Source: Anaerolineae bacterium (lineage in GTDB: Bacteria; Chloroflexota; Anaerolineae; Aggregatilineales; UBA3940). Taken from it: 64,000 nt of DNA. The DNA is taken from the NCBI GenBank assembly GCA_016926255.1, contig JAFGOY010000013.1:2139-66138 (forward strand). Reading direction: 5' to 3'. The translations under genes were made by a program, and so were the position numbers. Of this stretch, positions 43,271 through 52,195 are shown piece by piece. Under the pieces are notes generated by a model. The model was not told where the DNA came from. It did not search any database and was given only the letters and a program-made list of their open reading frames with translations. Position 1 is the stretch's first letter; each line of letters starts with the position of its first letter.

Positions 43271-44359
43271 ATGCCAAATCCCGACTTCATCTCACCGGTG
43301 CGACAATCGTTGATTACGACCGCAGTTGAACCTGTACATAACACATTTACCAGCCTGTTCGCGATTGCAAAAGCAGACGAAGCCTCCGGCTTCTCGGACT
43401 GGATCAACCAGACAGCGGCGGCAATGTCAAAGGAAGAGATGTTCCATCACCAGGTGGTGATGATCGGCCTTCACTACGCCGTCGAACCCAGACGCAGCTA
43501 TCACGACTTTGAGAGCTACCTAGCCGACCTGCACGCGAGGGAACCGGAAGAACTCCGTGACCGGGTGCTAGAAAAATACGTCAGTGAACAGTTCAGCGAA
43601 CCCGAAGTGGACATCAGCAGCACGCCAGAACCGATGGCTCTGCTGGATAACATGGATGACTTTCTGAGCTATTTACAGATGCGGCTGCCATCACACCCAA
43701 TTGATATGGAAGTCGAAGCCGAAGGCTACCGCTTGCTGATCGACCCACCCCGCCTCAAGGAGGTAGTGGTATCACACCTCGAACGCTGGTGGGAGACGAC
43801 CATGCGGGACGAATGGGAACGCGTCAAACCTATTGTTCAAGAATCGGCGGACGCATTCAAACAGGTCGATTTCGGCGTGATGTCAAAGATGGATGCATAC
43901 CGGTTCGTATTCGACGATGAACCATGCAGCAAATCACTGTACTGCATGGACACAGTAAAGAAGCTGGTTTTCTCACCGGCGGCGCACATCGGGCCGTATA
44001 AGTACTGGTTCATGGGCGAAGACACGGTCTGGTGCGTTTTCGGGGCAAGGGTGCCGGAAGGCGTACACACCAGTTCGCCCGACCTGAGTATCAACGAGAT
44101 TCTGGTGAGACTCAATGCCCTGTCTGATGAAACCAGACTGCGGATACTAACGCTGATCGCGGAAAGAGGTGAGTTATGTACATCGGCAATTATGGATGAA
44201 CTGGATTTGACACAGTCGACAGCGCAGCGGCATCTGACACAGTTGGCGGCTGCAGGATATCTCAATTCACAACGAAAAGAAGGAGCAAAGTGCTTCCGCC
44301 TGAACTCTCGACGGTTCAACAGCACATTCGATGCGGTGAAGCGGTTAGTACAGTTATAG
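43271..44359 (+). CDS. ArsR/SmtB-family transcriptional regulator with ~270-aa N-terminal domain of unknown function
   Basis: The C-terminal LSDETRLRILTLIAERGELCTSAIMDELDLTQSTAQRHLTQLAAAGYL is an ArsR-type HTH. I chose the start at ATG 43271 because AAGGAG lies 7 nt upstream; the track ORF begins at 43229. Confidence 0.7.
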   Translation: MPNPDFISPVRQSLITTAVEPVHNTFTSLFAIAKADEASGFSDWINQTAAAMSKEEMFHHQVVMIGLHYAVEPRRSYHDFESYLADLHAREPEELRDRVLEKYVSEQFSEPEVDISSTPEPMALLDNMDDFLSYLQMRLPSHPIDMEVEAEGYRLLIDPPRLKEVVVSHLERWWETTMRDEWERVKPIVQESADAFKQVDFGVMSKMDAYRFVFDDEPCSKSLYCMDTVKKLVFSPAAHIGPYKYWFMGEDTVWCVFGARVPEGVHTSSPDLSINEILVRLNALSDETRLRILTLIAERGELCTSAIMDELDLTQSTAQRHLTQLAAAGYLNSQRKEGAKCFRLNSRRFNSTFDAVKRLVQL

Positions 44360-44471
44360 AACATTACCGGTATACAAAAACGCCTGGTATTGGAACTTAG
44401 CCGAATTTACGACGTACTGGTATCTTGCTCATCTTTTCTTAGACAACGTTGGTAATGGAGAGAAACTAAAG

Positions 44472-44705
44472 ATGGAGCAGAGAAGCAGTTTTTACCTGGA
44501 AAAGTTCGTTGAGCACCGCCAGGCCGAAGTCCAGCGCAAGCTGGCAGCACCGCGCCTCGATCAGCGGGGCGAAAGGCGCAGCAGGCCGCACCTGGCACAG
44601 ATCGGAGTATGGATGATCGAGACGGGGACAGCGCTCAATGAACGATATGGAAGCCTGACCGAACCCGGTGTTTCACTGGAACCCAAACGCGGAACCGGCG
44701 TTTAA
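44472..44705 (+). CDS. Small hypothetical protein (77 aa), paralog of 44770..44982
   Basis: GGAGAG is the SD. SSFYLEKFVEHRQAEVQRKL...LAQIGVWMIETGTAL aligns with NEYYLEKMLQHQQIKLQQ...AARLGEWMVMVGTEL in the neighbouring ORF. Confidence 0.5.
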   Translation: MEQRSSFYLEKFVEHRQAEVQRKLAAPRLDQRGERRSRPHLAQIGVWMIETGTALNERYGSLTEPGVSLEPKRGTGV

Positions 44706-44769
44706 TCGAGGGGATAGACAGGCAGCATCGAGACGGGTTTTTATTTGTAGAACAACAGGGGAAAAGATC

Positions 44770-44982
44770 ATGTACAGGAATGAATACTATCTGGAGAAGA
44801 TGCTCCAGCACCAACAAATAAAGCTGCAACAGGTGGATACCCATCACCTGAAGAAGACAGCACGCGACCATCAGCATGTCCTGGCCGCACGGCTGGGCGA
44901 ATGGATGGTCATGGTCGGCACCGAACTGCAGGGCGGCGAGGCCCCCTGCCCCGATGTCACCCGATCAAGGGTTGGCGCATAG
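44770..44982 (+). CDS. Small hypothetical protein (70 aa), paralog of 44472..44705
   Basis: AGGGGAA is the SD before ATG 44770. The similarity to the preceding small ORF supports both being real. The track ORF starts upstream at 44668. Confidence 0.5.
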   Translation: MYRNEYYLEKMLQHQQIKLQQVDTHHLKKTARDHQHVLAARLGEWMVMVGTELQGGEAPCPDVTRSRVGA

Positions 44983-45017
44983 GAGAAATTACACGCGGCG
45001 AGGCTCGCCGATGGACG

Positions 45018-45059
45018 ACAAGAATGCTGACATGCAGATAGTCAGCATTCTTGTTTTTT
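45018..45059 (+). terminator. Intrinsic terminator after the small-ORF pair
   Basis: ACAAGAATGCTGAC-atgcagata-GTCAGCATTCTTGT (a 14-bp perfect stem) followed by TTTTT. Confidence 0.75.
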
Positions 45060-45831
45060 ACCCGCTGCGTGCTTCGCGGACGGCATCAACCAGGCGGGGT
45101 AGGACTTCACCAGACGGCCCCTGCAGGAAAATATGGGCAAGGGGCGTGATCTGGCTGGGATTGGGGTTCACTTCGATCACCACCGCACCAGAGCGGCGAG
45201 CAAGCATGGGCAGCGACGCCGCCGGTTGGACGATCCCCGACGTACCGACAACCAGCATCAGGTCGCATTGAGCAGAGACGGCAAAAGCGCGGTCGATAGC
45301 CGCTGCCGGGAGATTCTCGCCGAACCAGACGACATCGGGACGCACCAGCGCATCGCAGTATGGGCAGTGAGGAGCATGATCCTCGTCATGGTCGATGGTA
45401 TTCAGATCGATCACCGTCGGATCACCCTGACAGTTGACCGAACACTTGAACCGGCTGATATTCCCGTGAAGCTCGACGACATCAGTGCTGCCAGCGCGGG
45501 CGTGAAGGTTGTCGATATTCTGGGTCAGCAGGACGAGGCGGGAAACGAGGCTTTCCAGTTCGGCGACGGCGTAATGGCCGGGATTCGGCTCGGCATCAGA
45601 TACCAGGCCAAAACGATACTGGTACCACTTCCAGACGAAATCAGGATTGCGATAATACGCCTGGGGTGTGGCAAGCTCCTCCGGATCATATTTTTCCCAG
45701 AGGCCGGTCTGGGCTTCGCGGAAAGTGTGGATGCCGCTTTCCCTGGAAATGCCAGAGCCGGTGCTGACGACGATAAATTCAGCCCGGTTGAATGCTTCGG
45801 CGGCTTTTTGAATATTCTGGGCGAGTGTCAT
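45058..45831 (-). CDS. cobB: NAD-dependent protein deacylase (Sir2/CobB-type sirtuin)
   Basis: GSGISRESGIHTFR, TQNIDNLH, a Zn ribbon (CSVNC...CPYC) and VVGTSGIVQPA. Confidence 0.85.
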   Translation of the reverse strand: MTLAQNIQKAAEAFNRAEFIVVSTGSGISRESGIHTFREAQTGLWEKYDPEELATPQAYYRNPDFVWKWYQYRFGLVSDAEPNPGHYAVAELESLVSRLVLLTQNIDNLHARAGSTDVVELHGNISRFKCSVNCQGDPTVIDLNTIDHDEDHAPHCPYCDALVRPDVVWFGENLPAAAIDRAFAVSAQCDLMLVVGTSGIVQPAASLPMLARRSGAVVIEVNPNPSQITPLAHIFLQGPSGEVLPRLVDAVREARSG

Positions 45832-45861
45832 GAATGACTCGCTTTCGGGGACAGGGATCGA

Positions 45862-46524
45862 CTACTCTTCGCCGTCACGAACCAGCGGGCTGACCGTCCG
45901 GACGACCAGCTTGATCAGGCCAAACTCGATCTGATCGCCTTCCGAGAGCGGGTAGCGAACGCCGGGGGGAAGGTACTTGCCGTTGACCCAGGTACCGTTC
46001 TTGCTTTCGAGATCGGAAAGGAACAGGGCATTGTTGCCCGGCGTCAGGACGGCATGCTGGCGAGAGACTCCCAGTTCATGAGCCTGATGAGGAGTCATAT
46101 CAAGATCGGGGGAGACATGGGCGGTGAGATCGGCGCGCCCGATGATCAGCGATCTCCAGACATTCAGGCCGATCCGGGTCTGGCCCGGCTGGATCATCTG
46201 GAGGATCACCCGCCAGGGAACCGGATCGGGTAGACGTGGAAGCAGTCGAACCCGATCGGTTTCGTCAATGGCAGAAGGAGGCAGCCGATCCAGCCATTTG
46301 GAAGGCTTCGCCTCCTGAAGAATCGTCGCCCTGGGCAGATCAACCGGCTCGACAGGTTCCTGCTCAGGAGACAAATCGACCGGCCTCAAGGGGTTCAAGG
46401 GTTTCAACGGGCGGGTATCCTGATCACTCAGTGGGGGTTCGACAATCCCGTGATCATTATCTTGCTGTGCCGAATCGACGCTCTGTCCGCCGGGAAGATC
46501 GCCGTTGCCGGTTGAGTCACTCAT
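45862..46524 (-). CDS. FHA-domain protein with disordered N-terminal half
   Basis: C-terminal LIIGRA...VSRQHAVLT...LFLSDLESKNGTWVNG...L..GDQIEFG is a canonical FHA domain. Confidence 0.8.
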   Translation of the reverse strand: MSDSTGNGDLPGGQSVDSAQQDNDHGIVEPPLSDQDTRPLKPLNPLRPVDLSPEQEPVEPVDLPRATILQEAKPSKWLDRLPPSAIDETDRVRLLPRLPDPVPWRVILQMIQPGQTRIGLNVWRSLIIGRADLTAHVSPDLDMTPHQAHELGVSRQHAVLTPGNNALFLSDLESKNGTWVNGKYLPPGVRYPLSEGDQIEFGLIKLVVRTVSPLVRDGEE

Positions 46525-46677
46525 TCGATACTCTCGATTTCAATAGATGCAGCGCAATATCGTCAATAACAGCCGTCCATCTGTTGAACTGGCCGCCAAT
46601 TCAATTTTACCACCTGAATGCCGGAATGGTAGAAAACGACCGGAAATACAAGCCAAAATCAACGGCAGCAGGCTGGG

Positions 46678-47490
46678 TCAGGACATCAGAAGGGCACCAA
46701 TAGCAGCAGTGCCGTTCCACACGATATGGGCCACCAGACTGGGCCACAGGGAACCAGTCAATGCACGCAGGCCGGTCAGAAAGGCAGAGAGCAAAATGAT
46801 GCTCACAATCGATCCGGGATTGACAAACCCGGTCAGCAGGTGCGCCCCGGCAAACAAAGCAACGCTAACGACGAACGGGAGAACGTGGCGCAGCCAGGCC
46901 GGGCGCTCCTTCGAGGCGATGTTGAGCAGCGCATTGTACAACGCGCCACGAAAGAGCAGTTCTTCGGCAAGCGGTACGACCGTCGTAACGGTGATAGTGG
47001 AGGCAAACGCGAGACTCAGGGTCGAGAACAAACCCTGCTGTGCCTCGACTTCGGTCGGGCCAACCAACGCGCTGACGCCGTAGCCGACGATCATCATCAC
47101 GATAATGGTGCCGCCCGGCACAACCCACAGAGATATGTTCCGGGGTTTTTGCCAGGAAAACCATTCGGCAAACGAGAAATCCGACGACGTGATTTTTCCC
47201 CAGGCCACCGGCCAGATCAATGCAGCGAAAACGGTCATCACCGCCGCGAAACCCGCCGCCAGGAGAGCTGCCCAGTTGAAGGACGGATCGGCGAGCAGTT
47301 CATCGACCGACATGGGCATAACGGCCAGATTAGTCATCCAGTAGAAATAAGCCACGCCCCCGACCAACTGCAAGAGGATGTGCGTACTCAACAATGTCCC
47401 GACCAGAAGCCAACGCCCTAACATGGAAGGGGCCGGGGATTCGTGAGCGGGATCGAGTGGTGGTTGTTGGCTGATAGACGATTCGATCAC
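46678..47490 (-). CDS. CPBP-family intramembrane glutamic endopeptidase (CAAX protease-like)
   Basis: PLAEELLFRGALYN, FAGAHL and LVAHIVWNG are the three CPBP motifs. GTGA overlap with the upstream gene. Confidence 0.8.
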   Translation of the reverse strand: MIESSISQQPPLDPAHESPAPSMLGRWLLVGTLLSTHILLQLVGGVAYFYWMTNLAVMPMSVDELLADPSFNWAALLAAGFAAVMTVFAALIWPVAWGKITSSDFSFAEWFSWQKPRNISLWVVPGGTIIVMMIVGYGVSALVGPTEVEAQQGLFSTLSLAFASTITVTTVVPLAEELLFRGALYNALLNIASKERPAWLRHVLPFVVSVALFAGAHLLTGFVNPGSIVSIILLSAFLTGLRALTGSLWPSLVAHIVWNGTAAIGALLMS

Positions 47491-48113
47491 AGGTTCAACT
47501 CCGCTTTAATGCGCTTCAGCGCATAGATGGCACGTTCGAGACGGCCCACGTTCGCCGGTTCGTGGAACCAGCGGGATGCGCCGGATGGGTGCGGCAGGGG
47601 GATCAACACCTGCCCGTTTTCGTTGACGGTCGTATCGCCGATCACGTCGGAGAGTTTTGTTTTAGTCGGATAGTACAACTGGATCGCAAGTCGACCAACG
47701 AGGACGATGACTTCGGGCTGGACGAAGGTCAGTTCGCCATCGAGCCAGGGTCGGCACAGTTTGCGCTCGGCAGCCGAGGGAACACGATCACCACTGCCAT
47801 TCGAATTATTGCCGGGAAAACATTTAGTGACGGCGGTGATATAGCACGTTTCGCGGAAGGTCTTTTCATCCCAACCGGCACGGGACAGCCATCGAAAGAG
47901 GCGCTGACCGGCGTTACCGCCGAAGGGGTAGCCAAGATCGCCTTCCGATGCGCCGGGAGCCTGGCCGATCAACATCAGGCGGGCAGAAGCCGAACCTGAA
48001 AAAATAGGCTGCGATTCGATCCGGTAGCCTGCTTCGAGGCACAGACGGCACTGTGAAAGCTGGTGTTGAAGATCATCGAGTGTGTCAAAGGTGGTCATGG
48101 AACGAGTGTACAA
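47487..48113 (-). CDS. Uracil-DNA glycosylase superfamily protein (family 4/5-like)
   Basis: CRLC, LMLIGQAPGASE, PFGGNAGQRL and LPHPSGASRW. Confidence 0.7.
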   Translation of the reverse strand: MYTRSMTTFDTLDDLQHQLSQCRLCLEAGYRIESQPIFSGSASARLMLIGQAPGASEGDLGYPFGGNAGQRLFRWLSRAGWDEKTFRETCYITAVTKCFPGNNSNGSGDRVPSAAERKLCRPWLDGELTFVQPEVIVLVGRLAIQLYYPTKTKLSDVIGDTTVNENGQVLIPLPHPSGASRWFHEPANVGRLERAIYALKRIKAELNL

Positions 48114-48505
48114 ATTGGGACGGTAAAGGTCAAACGAAAATACCCGACCGGTCAGTCCAGTTCAGGGGTTTTGTAACGTGGAATCTGGGGCTGGATGTCG
48201 CGGGCCTTTTGGGTGGACGATCAGCCACCTGCGTTTACGACGATTCATCTGTTGATCACCCGGTATCCAGCCCAAAAAGCAATCATCATCTCCGATGTCT
48301 TCAGAACATCGAATGTACTGCCCGCAACCATAGAACAAGTGTGCTGGATATACTGACAGGAGTCAAGATAACTCTGGTGCTACTTTCGCTACCCTGTTAA
48401 AGTCTGTTTAAGTGCATAGATCACTGGCAGTACGCAGGTTATAATACGTATGTGATTTGACAATCCGGCACCAAACGTGTGCCTTATAAGCGTCAGGAGA
48501 AACGA

Positions 48506-49618
48506 GTGGCAGAGATTTTTTACAAACTTCATGAACACGGGCAGAGTCTCTGGTATGACAACATATCACGGGACCTGCTTCAATCGGGCGAGATCAAAGC
48601 ATTGATCGACGCAGGCATCCGGGGGATGACCTCAAATCCGGCGATCTTCCAGAAGGCAATCGTCGAGGGGAAGACTTACGACGAGCAGTTACAGGCGCTC
48701 GTCGCGGAAGGAAAATCAGTACAGGAAATCTACGAAAATCTCGCGGTGAGCGATATTCAAGCCGCCGCCGACCTGCTGCGCCCGCTGTATGACAGCAGCA
48801 AGGCGGGTGACGGGTTCGTCAGCCTGGAAGTCTCGCCGCTGCTGGCCGATCAAACGCAGGCGACCATCGACGAGGCGCTGCGGCTGGCGGAATGGGTCGA
48901 CCGGCCCAACCTGATGATCAAAATCCCGGCCACCCTGGAAGGAATCCCGGCGGTGGAAGAAACACTGGCGAAGGGGCTGAACATCAACGTGACGCTGATC
49001 TTCAGCCTGGAGATGTACAAACAGGTGATCGAGGCGTTCATCAAGGGAACGAAACGGTTTGCCGACTCCGGTGGAGATGTCAGCAAACAGGCGTCGGTGG
49101 CGTCGTTCTTCGTCAGCCGGGTCGACTCGCTGGTCGATGACCTGCTGGACGAGAAGATCGCGGCGGGCAGCGACATGGAAACGTTGAAGGGCAAGGCGGC
49201 GGTGGCAAATGCGAAGCTTGCCTACAAACTTTACAAAGAGACATTCGCGGCAAGTTCGGTGTGGACGGAACTCGAAGCGAAAGGCGCAAGGAAGCAGCGC
49301 CCGCTGTGGGCCAGCACCAGCACGAAGAATCCCGATTATGACGATCTGCTGTACGTCAATACACTGATCGGGCCGAACACGGTCAACACCGCCCCACCCC
49401 AGACAATTGAGGCGTTCGCAGATCATGGTGTGGTCGAGGATACGGTGGAAAAGGGCGTCGAAGACGCGCAAACGGTGATGGATCAACTGGCCGAAGCGGG
49501 GATCGACATGGTGGATGTCACCGATCAACTGCTGGACGAGGGCGTGGTCAAGTTTGCCGATGCCTTCAAGGTGCTGATGAACGCAATCGAAAAGAAGATG
49601 GCCGCCGTCGCGAAGTAG
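48506..49618 (+). CDS. tal: Transaldolase (long form)
   Basis: GQSLWYDNISRDLL, GMTSNPAIFQKAI, MIKIPAT and FFVSRVDS. I chose GTG 48506 because AGGAG lies 6 nt upstream; the track starts at GTG 48479. Confidence 0.85.
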   Translation: MAEIFYKLHEHGQSLWYDNISRDLLQSGEIKALIDAGIRGMTSNPAIFQKAIVEGKTYDEQLQALVAEGKSVQEIYENLAVSDIQAAADLLRPLYDSSKAGDGFVSLEVSPLLADQTQATIDEALRLAEWVDRPNLMIKIPATLEGIPAVEETLAKGLNINVTLIFSLEMYKQVIEAFIKGTKRFADSGGDVSKQASVASFFVSRVDSLVDDLLDEKIAAGSDMETLKGKAAVANAKLAYKLYKETFAASSVWTELEAKGARKQRPLWASTSTKNPDYDDLLYVNTLIGPNTVNTAPPQTIEAFADHGVVEDTVEKGVEDAQTVMDQLAEAGIDMVDVTDQLLDEGVVKFADAFKVLMNAIEKKMAAVAK

Positions 49619-49643
49619 CCAGCGAAGGATTTTACGATAATCC

Positions 49644-49677
49644 AACAGCCGCAGAGTACTCCCTGCGGCTGTTTTGA
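49644..49677 (+). terminator. Intrinsic terminator after tal
   Basis: AACAGCCGCAG-agtactcc-CTGCGGCTGTT followed by TTG. The U tract is short. Confidence 0.55.
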
Positions 49678-49694
49678 TCCAGGGAGAGGCAGGT

Positions 49695-50018
49695 TTACCG
49701 CAGGCCGGGAATTGCCGAGACGATGAGCATGAAAATCACAAGGAGAATCATAAAGATCGACGTCGCCAGATTGACCCGGAAACCAACCCTGGCGCGCTGC
49801 TCGTCTTCCGGCGAGGCACCCTTGCGCTTGAAGTCGCTGCGGGCAGCCATCGCAAAAAACGTACCAACTGCCCCGGTGATCAGCGCTAACCAGACGATGT
49901 TGAAGAATGGGGATTTCAGCATCGAGGCGACAAAGGCAATCAGCATGATGCCGGACGAGGCGAAGGCGAGATAGTAACTGTAGGCCGCGAATTGACCTGG
50001 GCGAGACGAATCGGACAT
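49695..50018 (-). CDS. Small membrane protein (107 aa, 3 predicted TM helices)
   Basis: Hydrophobic segments YYLAFASSGIMLIAFVA, FNIVWLALITGAVGTFFAMA and IFMILLVIFMLIVSAI. I recognise no family. Confidence 0.45.
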   Translation of the reverse strand: MSDSSRPGQFAAYSYYLAFASSGIMLIAFVASMLKSPFFNIVWLALITGAVGTFFAMAARSDFKRKGASPEDEQRARVGFRVNLATSIFMILLVIFMLIVSAIPGLR

Positions 50019-50240
50019 GGATTCTTCCTTTATTCCAATATATAGCCTAATAACAAACCGGATGCTGCGCGAAGATACCGGGCAGCGTATACATCAGGCA
50101 TTATATCACGGAGATAGGCCGGTGCGAACAGTCCTCTATTCTCATATGCGGATGACTCGCTGCCCCGATTCGTGCTCCGGGAAGATTGACATACAATCGT
50201 AACGGAAAGCCAGCAAACCTTTTTCAGCGGAGGAGCGACA

Positions 50241-52055
50241 ATGAGCGAAACAAAAAGTCGAAACAGAACCACTTTTATAATCATTGGTGTCGTTTGTGTG
50301 CTGCCGGGATCACTGGCCTGTCTGGCCACGCTGCTGATCCCATCGGTGCATACGATGATTCTCAGCGTGTTCGATGTCGATATCTTTCGCGGAAGCAGTG
50401 AATTCATTGGGTTAGAAGCCTACGCACAACTGCTAGAGTTCCCCGGCACAGGGAAGGCACTGAGTTTCACTATGCTGCTGATGGTCGAGCGGCTGGTGAT
50501 TGTCTGTCTACTGCCGCTGGTACTGGCGCTGCTGGTCAACGATTTCGGCAGAGCCGTCCGCATACCAGCACGATTGTTGTTCACCATACCGCTGGCGATG
50601 TTTTCGCCGATAGTGACGTACCTGACCTGGCACAGTATATTCTATCGACAATCCGATCTAACGAACGATATCCCGTTGTTCAGAATCGGGAGTCCGACAG
50701 GCGCACGCCTACAGCTGCTAACCATCGATGCGCTGACGACCTTCGGATTAGCCTGCGGACTGGGCTTGATCATCTACCTGTTGGCTTTCCGAGGCCGGGA
50801 AGGTGATGTTCCATCGATCAAATCGCTGTGGCTGCCCGTCGGAACAACGTGGTTCGTTTCTATCGCGGCGGTCGTCGCACTCTCGCTGCAAGAAATCAGG
50901 CTCCCCTTGCTGACCACCTCAGGCGGCCCGATCTATGCAACAGCCACACTGCCGCTGCTGCAATTGCGAATGTCGGTCGTCCAATTTCAATTCCCGGTGG
51001 GCGGGGCCATCGGCACACCATTGTTGATCGTTCTCGGCCTGCTGGGGATTGTGGTCAGCGCGTTGATCGTGTTCGGGAACCTGCAAATCGAAAGAGTGCC
51101 GATATCAAAGATGTCGGGAACCACTGAAACCGGGAACGAAAACAAATCAGTACGCATACTGGCCGGAATCGCGCTGGCACTGGCCGGATTGTCCGCGCTG
51201 GTGCTGTTCATCATGTGGGCATTCCCGATTGTCTCTGCCGGGGTCAATGCCCGGTTGAACGGTGGATTTGCAGACCTGCGCGACGAAAATTTGCAGCTGG
51301 GGCGGGCCTTCTTCCTGTATACACTCATCCCGGCACTGATCAGTGTATTCATGCTGCAACTGCCGATCACCACGCTGACCGCGCTGGGAATCGGGGCGAT
51401 GCGTCCTCTCGGCAAGCGGAGCGAACTGCTGCTGCTGTTGTTCTGCCCGTGGCTGTTCGTCACGATCACCCCGTTGATGTACAGCTTCTTTCTGCAAGCC
51501 TCAAAAATCGGCATACTGAATACATGGCCTGTGCTGATTCTCCCCACACTGATCAACGTCCCGGCATTGTTCGTGCTGACGCTGTTTTTCAAAGGGGCTG
51601 CCGAACAGTGGAATAGCAAACGCGAGACGGGCGAAGCGCCATTCTTCAAGCACGTGGTTTTGCCTGCCCTGCCTCTGATCGGGTTGATCGGCGCGGGGCT
51701 GCTGCTCATCAACCTGCAAAATATCGAGTGGCCGATGGTAGTAATGACAGGCCGAGAATCCATGCCGATGCCGCTACTGATATTCAGAACGTCACTGGCG
51801 AATTATGAACGGCCTGAAATGGTCAATGCACTGATAACGCGATTCGGTCGACCGTTGGCGGTGGCATTCTTCCTGATCTTCGCCGCCTTCCAGGTGTTCT
51901 ACCTCGACCGGCTGGCGCTGGTGACCGGGAAACGGGATGAGGCAGAATCGGAGATCGGCGAGTCTGTCGACGAGGTTGCAGAACCGGAACCGGAGAAGGC
52001 CCCGGCAAAAACGCCCCGGAAGAAAAAGAAACCGGCAGAAGACAGCAGCGTCTAA
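50241..52055 (+). CDS. Fused MalF/MalG-like ABC-type permease protein with Lys/Glu-rich C-terminal tail (604 aa)
   Basis: GGAGGAG is the SD. The N-terminal half (FIGLEAYAQLLEFPGTGKALSFTML...LALLVN...R.LFTIPLAM) looks like a MalF-type TMD. The second half (from about residue 300) looks like a MalG-type TMD. The assignment is by eye and the conserved loop motifs are weak. Confidence 0.45.
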   Translation: MSETKSRNRTTFIIIGVVCVLPGSLACLATLLIPSVHTMILSVFDVDIFRGSSEFIGLEAYAQLLEFPGTGKALSFTMLLMVERLVIVCLLPLVLALLVNDFGRAVRIPARLLFTIPLAMFSPIVTYLTWHSIFYRQSDLTNDIPLFRIGSPTGARLQLLTIDALTTFGLACGLGLIIYLLAFRGREGDVPSIKSLWLPVGTTWFVSIAAVVALSLQEIRLPLLTTSGGPIYATATLPLLQLRMSVVQFQFPVGGAIGTPLLIVLGLLGIVVSALIVFGNLQIERVPISKMSGTTETGNENKSVRILAGIALALAGLSALVLFIMWAFPIVSAGVNARLNGGFADLRDENLQLGRAFFLYTLIPALISVFMLQLPITTLTALGIGAMRPLGKRSELLLLLFCPWLFVTITPLMYSFFLQASKIGILNTWPVLILPTLINVPALFVLTLFFKGAAEQWNSKRETGEAPFFKHVVLPALPLIGLIGAGLLLINLQNIEWPMVVMTGRESMPMPLLIFRTSLANYERPEMVNALITRFGRPLAVAFFLIFAAFQVFYLDRLALVTGKRDEAESEIGESVDEVAEPEPEKAPAKTPRKKKKPAEDSSV

Positions 52056-52172
52056 AATCAAAACGTGCGGCAGGTAACGAAAAAGACAACAAGAAGAGCC
52101 ATCCCGAAGCATGGGGTGGCTCTGTTGTTACTGGCAAACAAGATTCAAGCACTTCTTAGCCCTCACCCTAAA

Positions 52173-52195
52173 TCCCTCTCCCTCAGGGAGAGGGA
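52173..52195. repeat. GC-rich palindromic hairpin element (REP-like)
   Basis: TCCCTCTCCC-tca-GGGAGAGGGA, preceded by CCCTCACCC. This hairpin type recurs as a dispersed intergenic element in many bacterial genomes. I saw only one copy in this window. Confidence 0.35.

Noticed and set aside
45058-45831. Sir2-domain protein as a possible anti-phage (Thoeris/DSR-like) effector.
   Set aside because: It is a compact 257-aa CobB-type sirtuin with an intact Zn ribbon and the GAGISxxSGIxxFR motif. It has no SLOG, TIR or large N-terminal sensor domain, and no defence-type partners nearby.
48053-48400. 115-aa plus-strand ORF across the AT-rich spacer upstream of tal.
   Set aside because: It begins inside the UDG gene on the opposite strand. 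It has no SD and an implausible composition. I treat the region as non-coding (see finding).
48716-49645. 309-aa minus-strand ORF antisense to transaldolase.
   Set aside because: Transaldolase motifs are unambiguous on the plus strand, and the antisense translation is Arg/His/Gln-rich with no domain.
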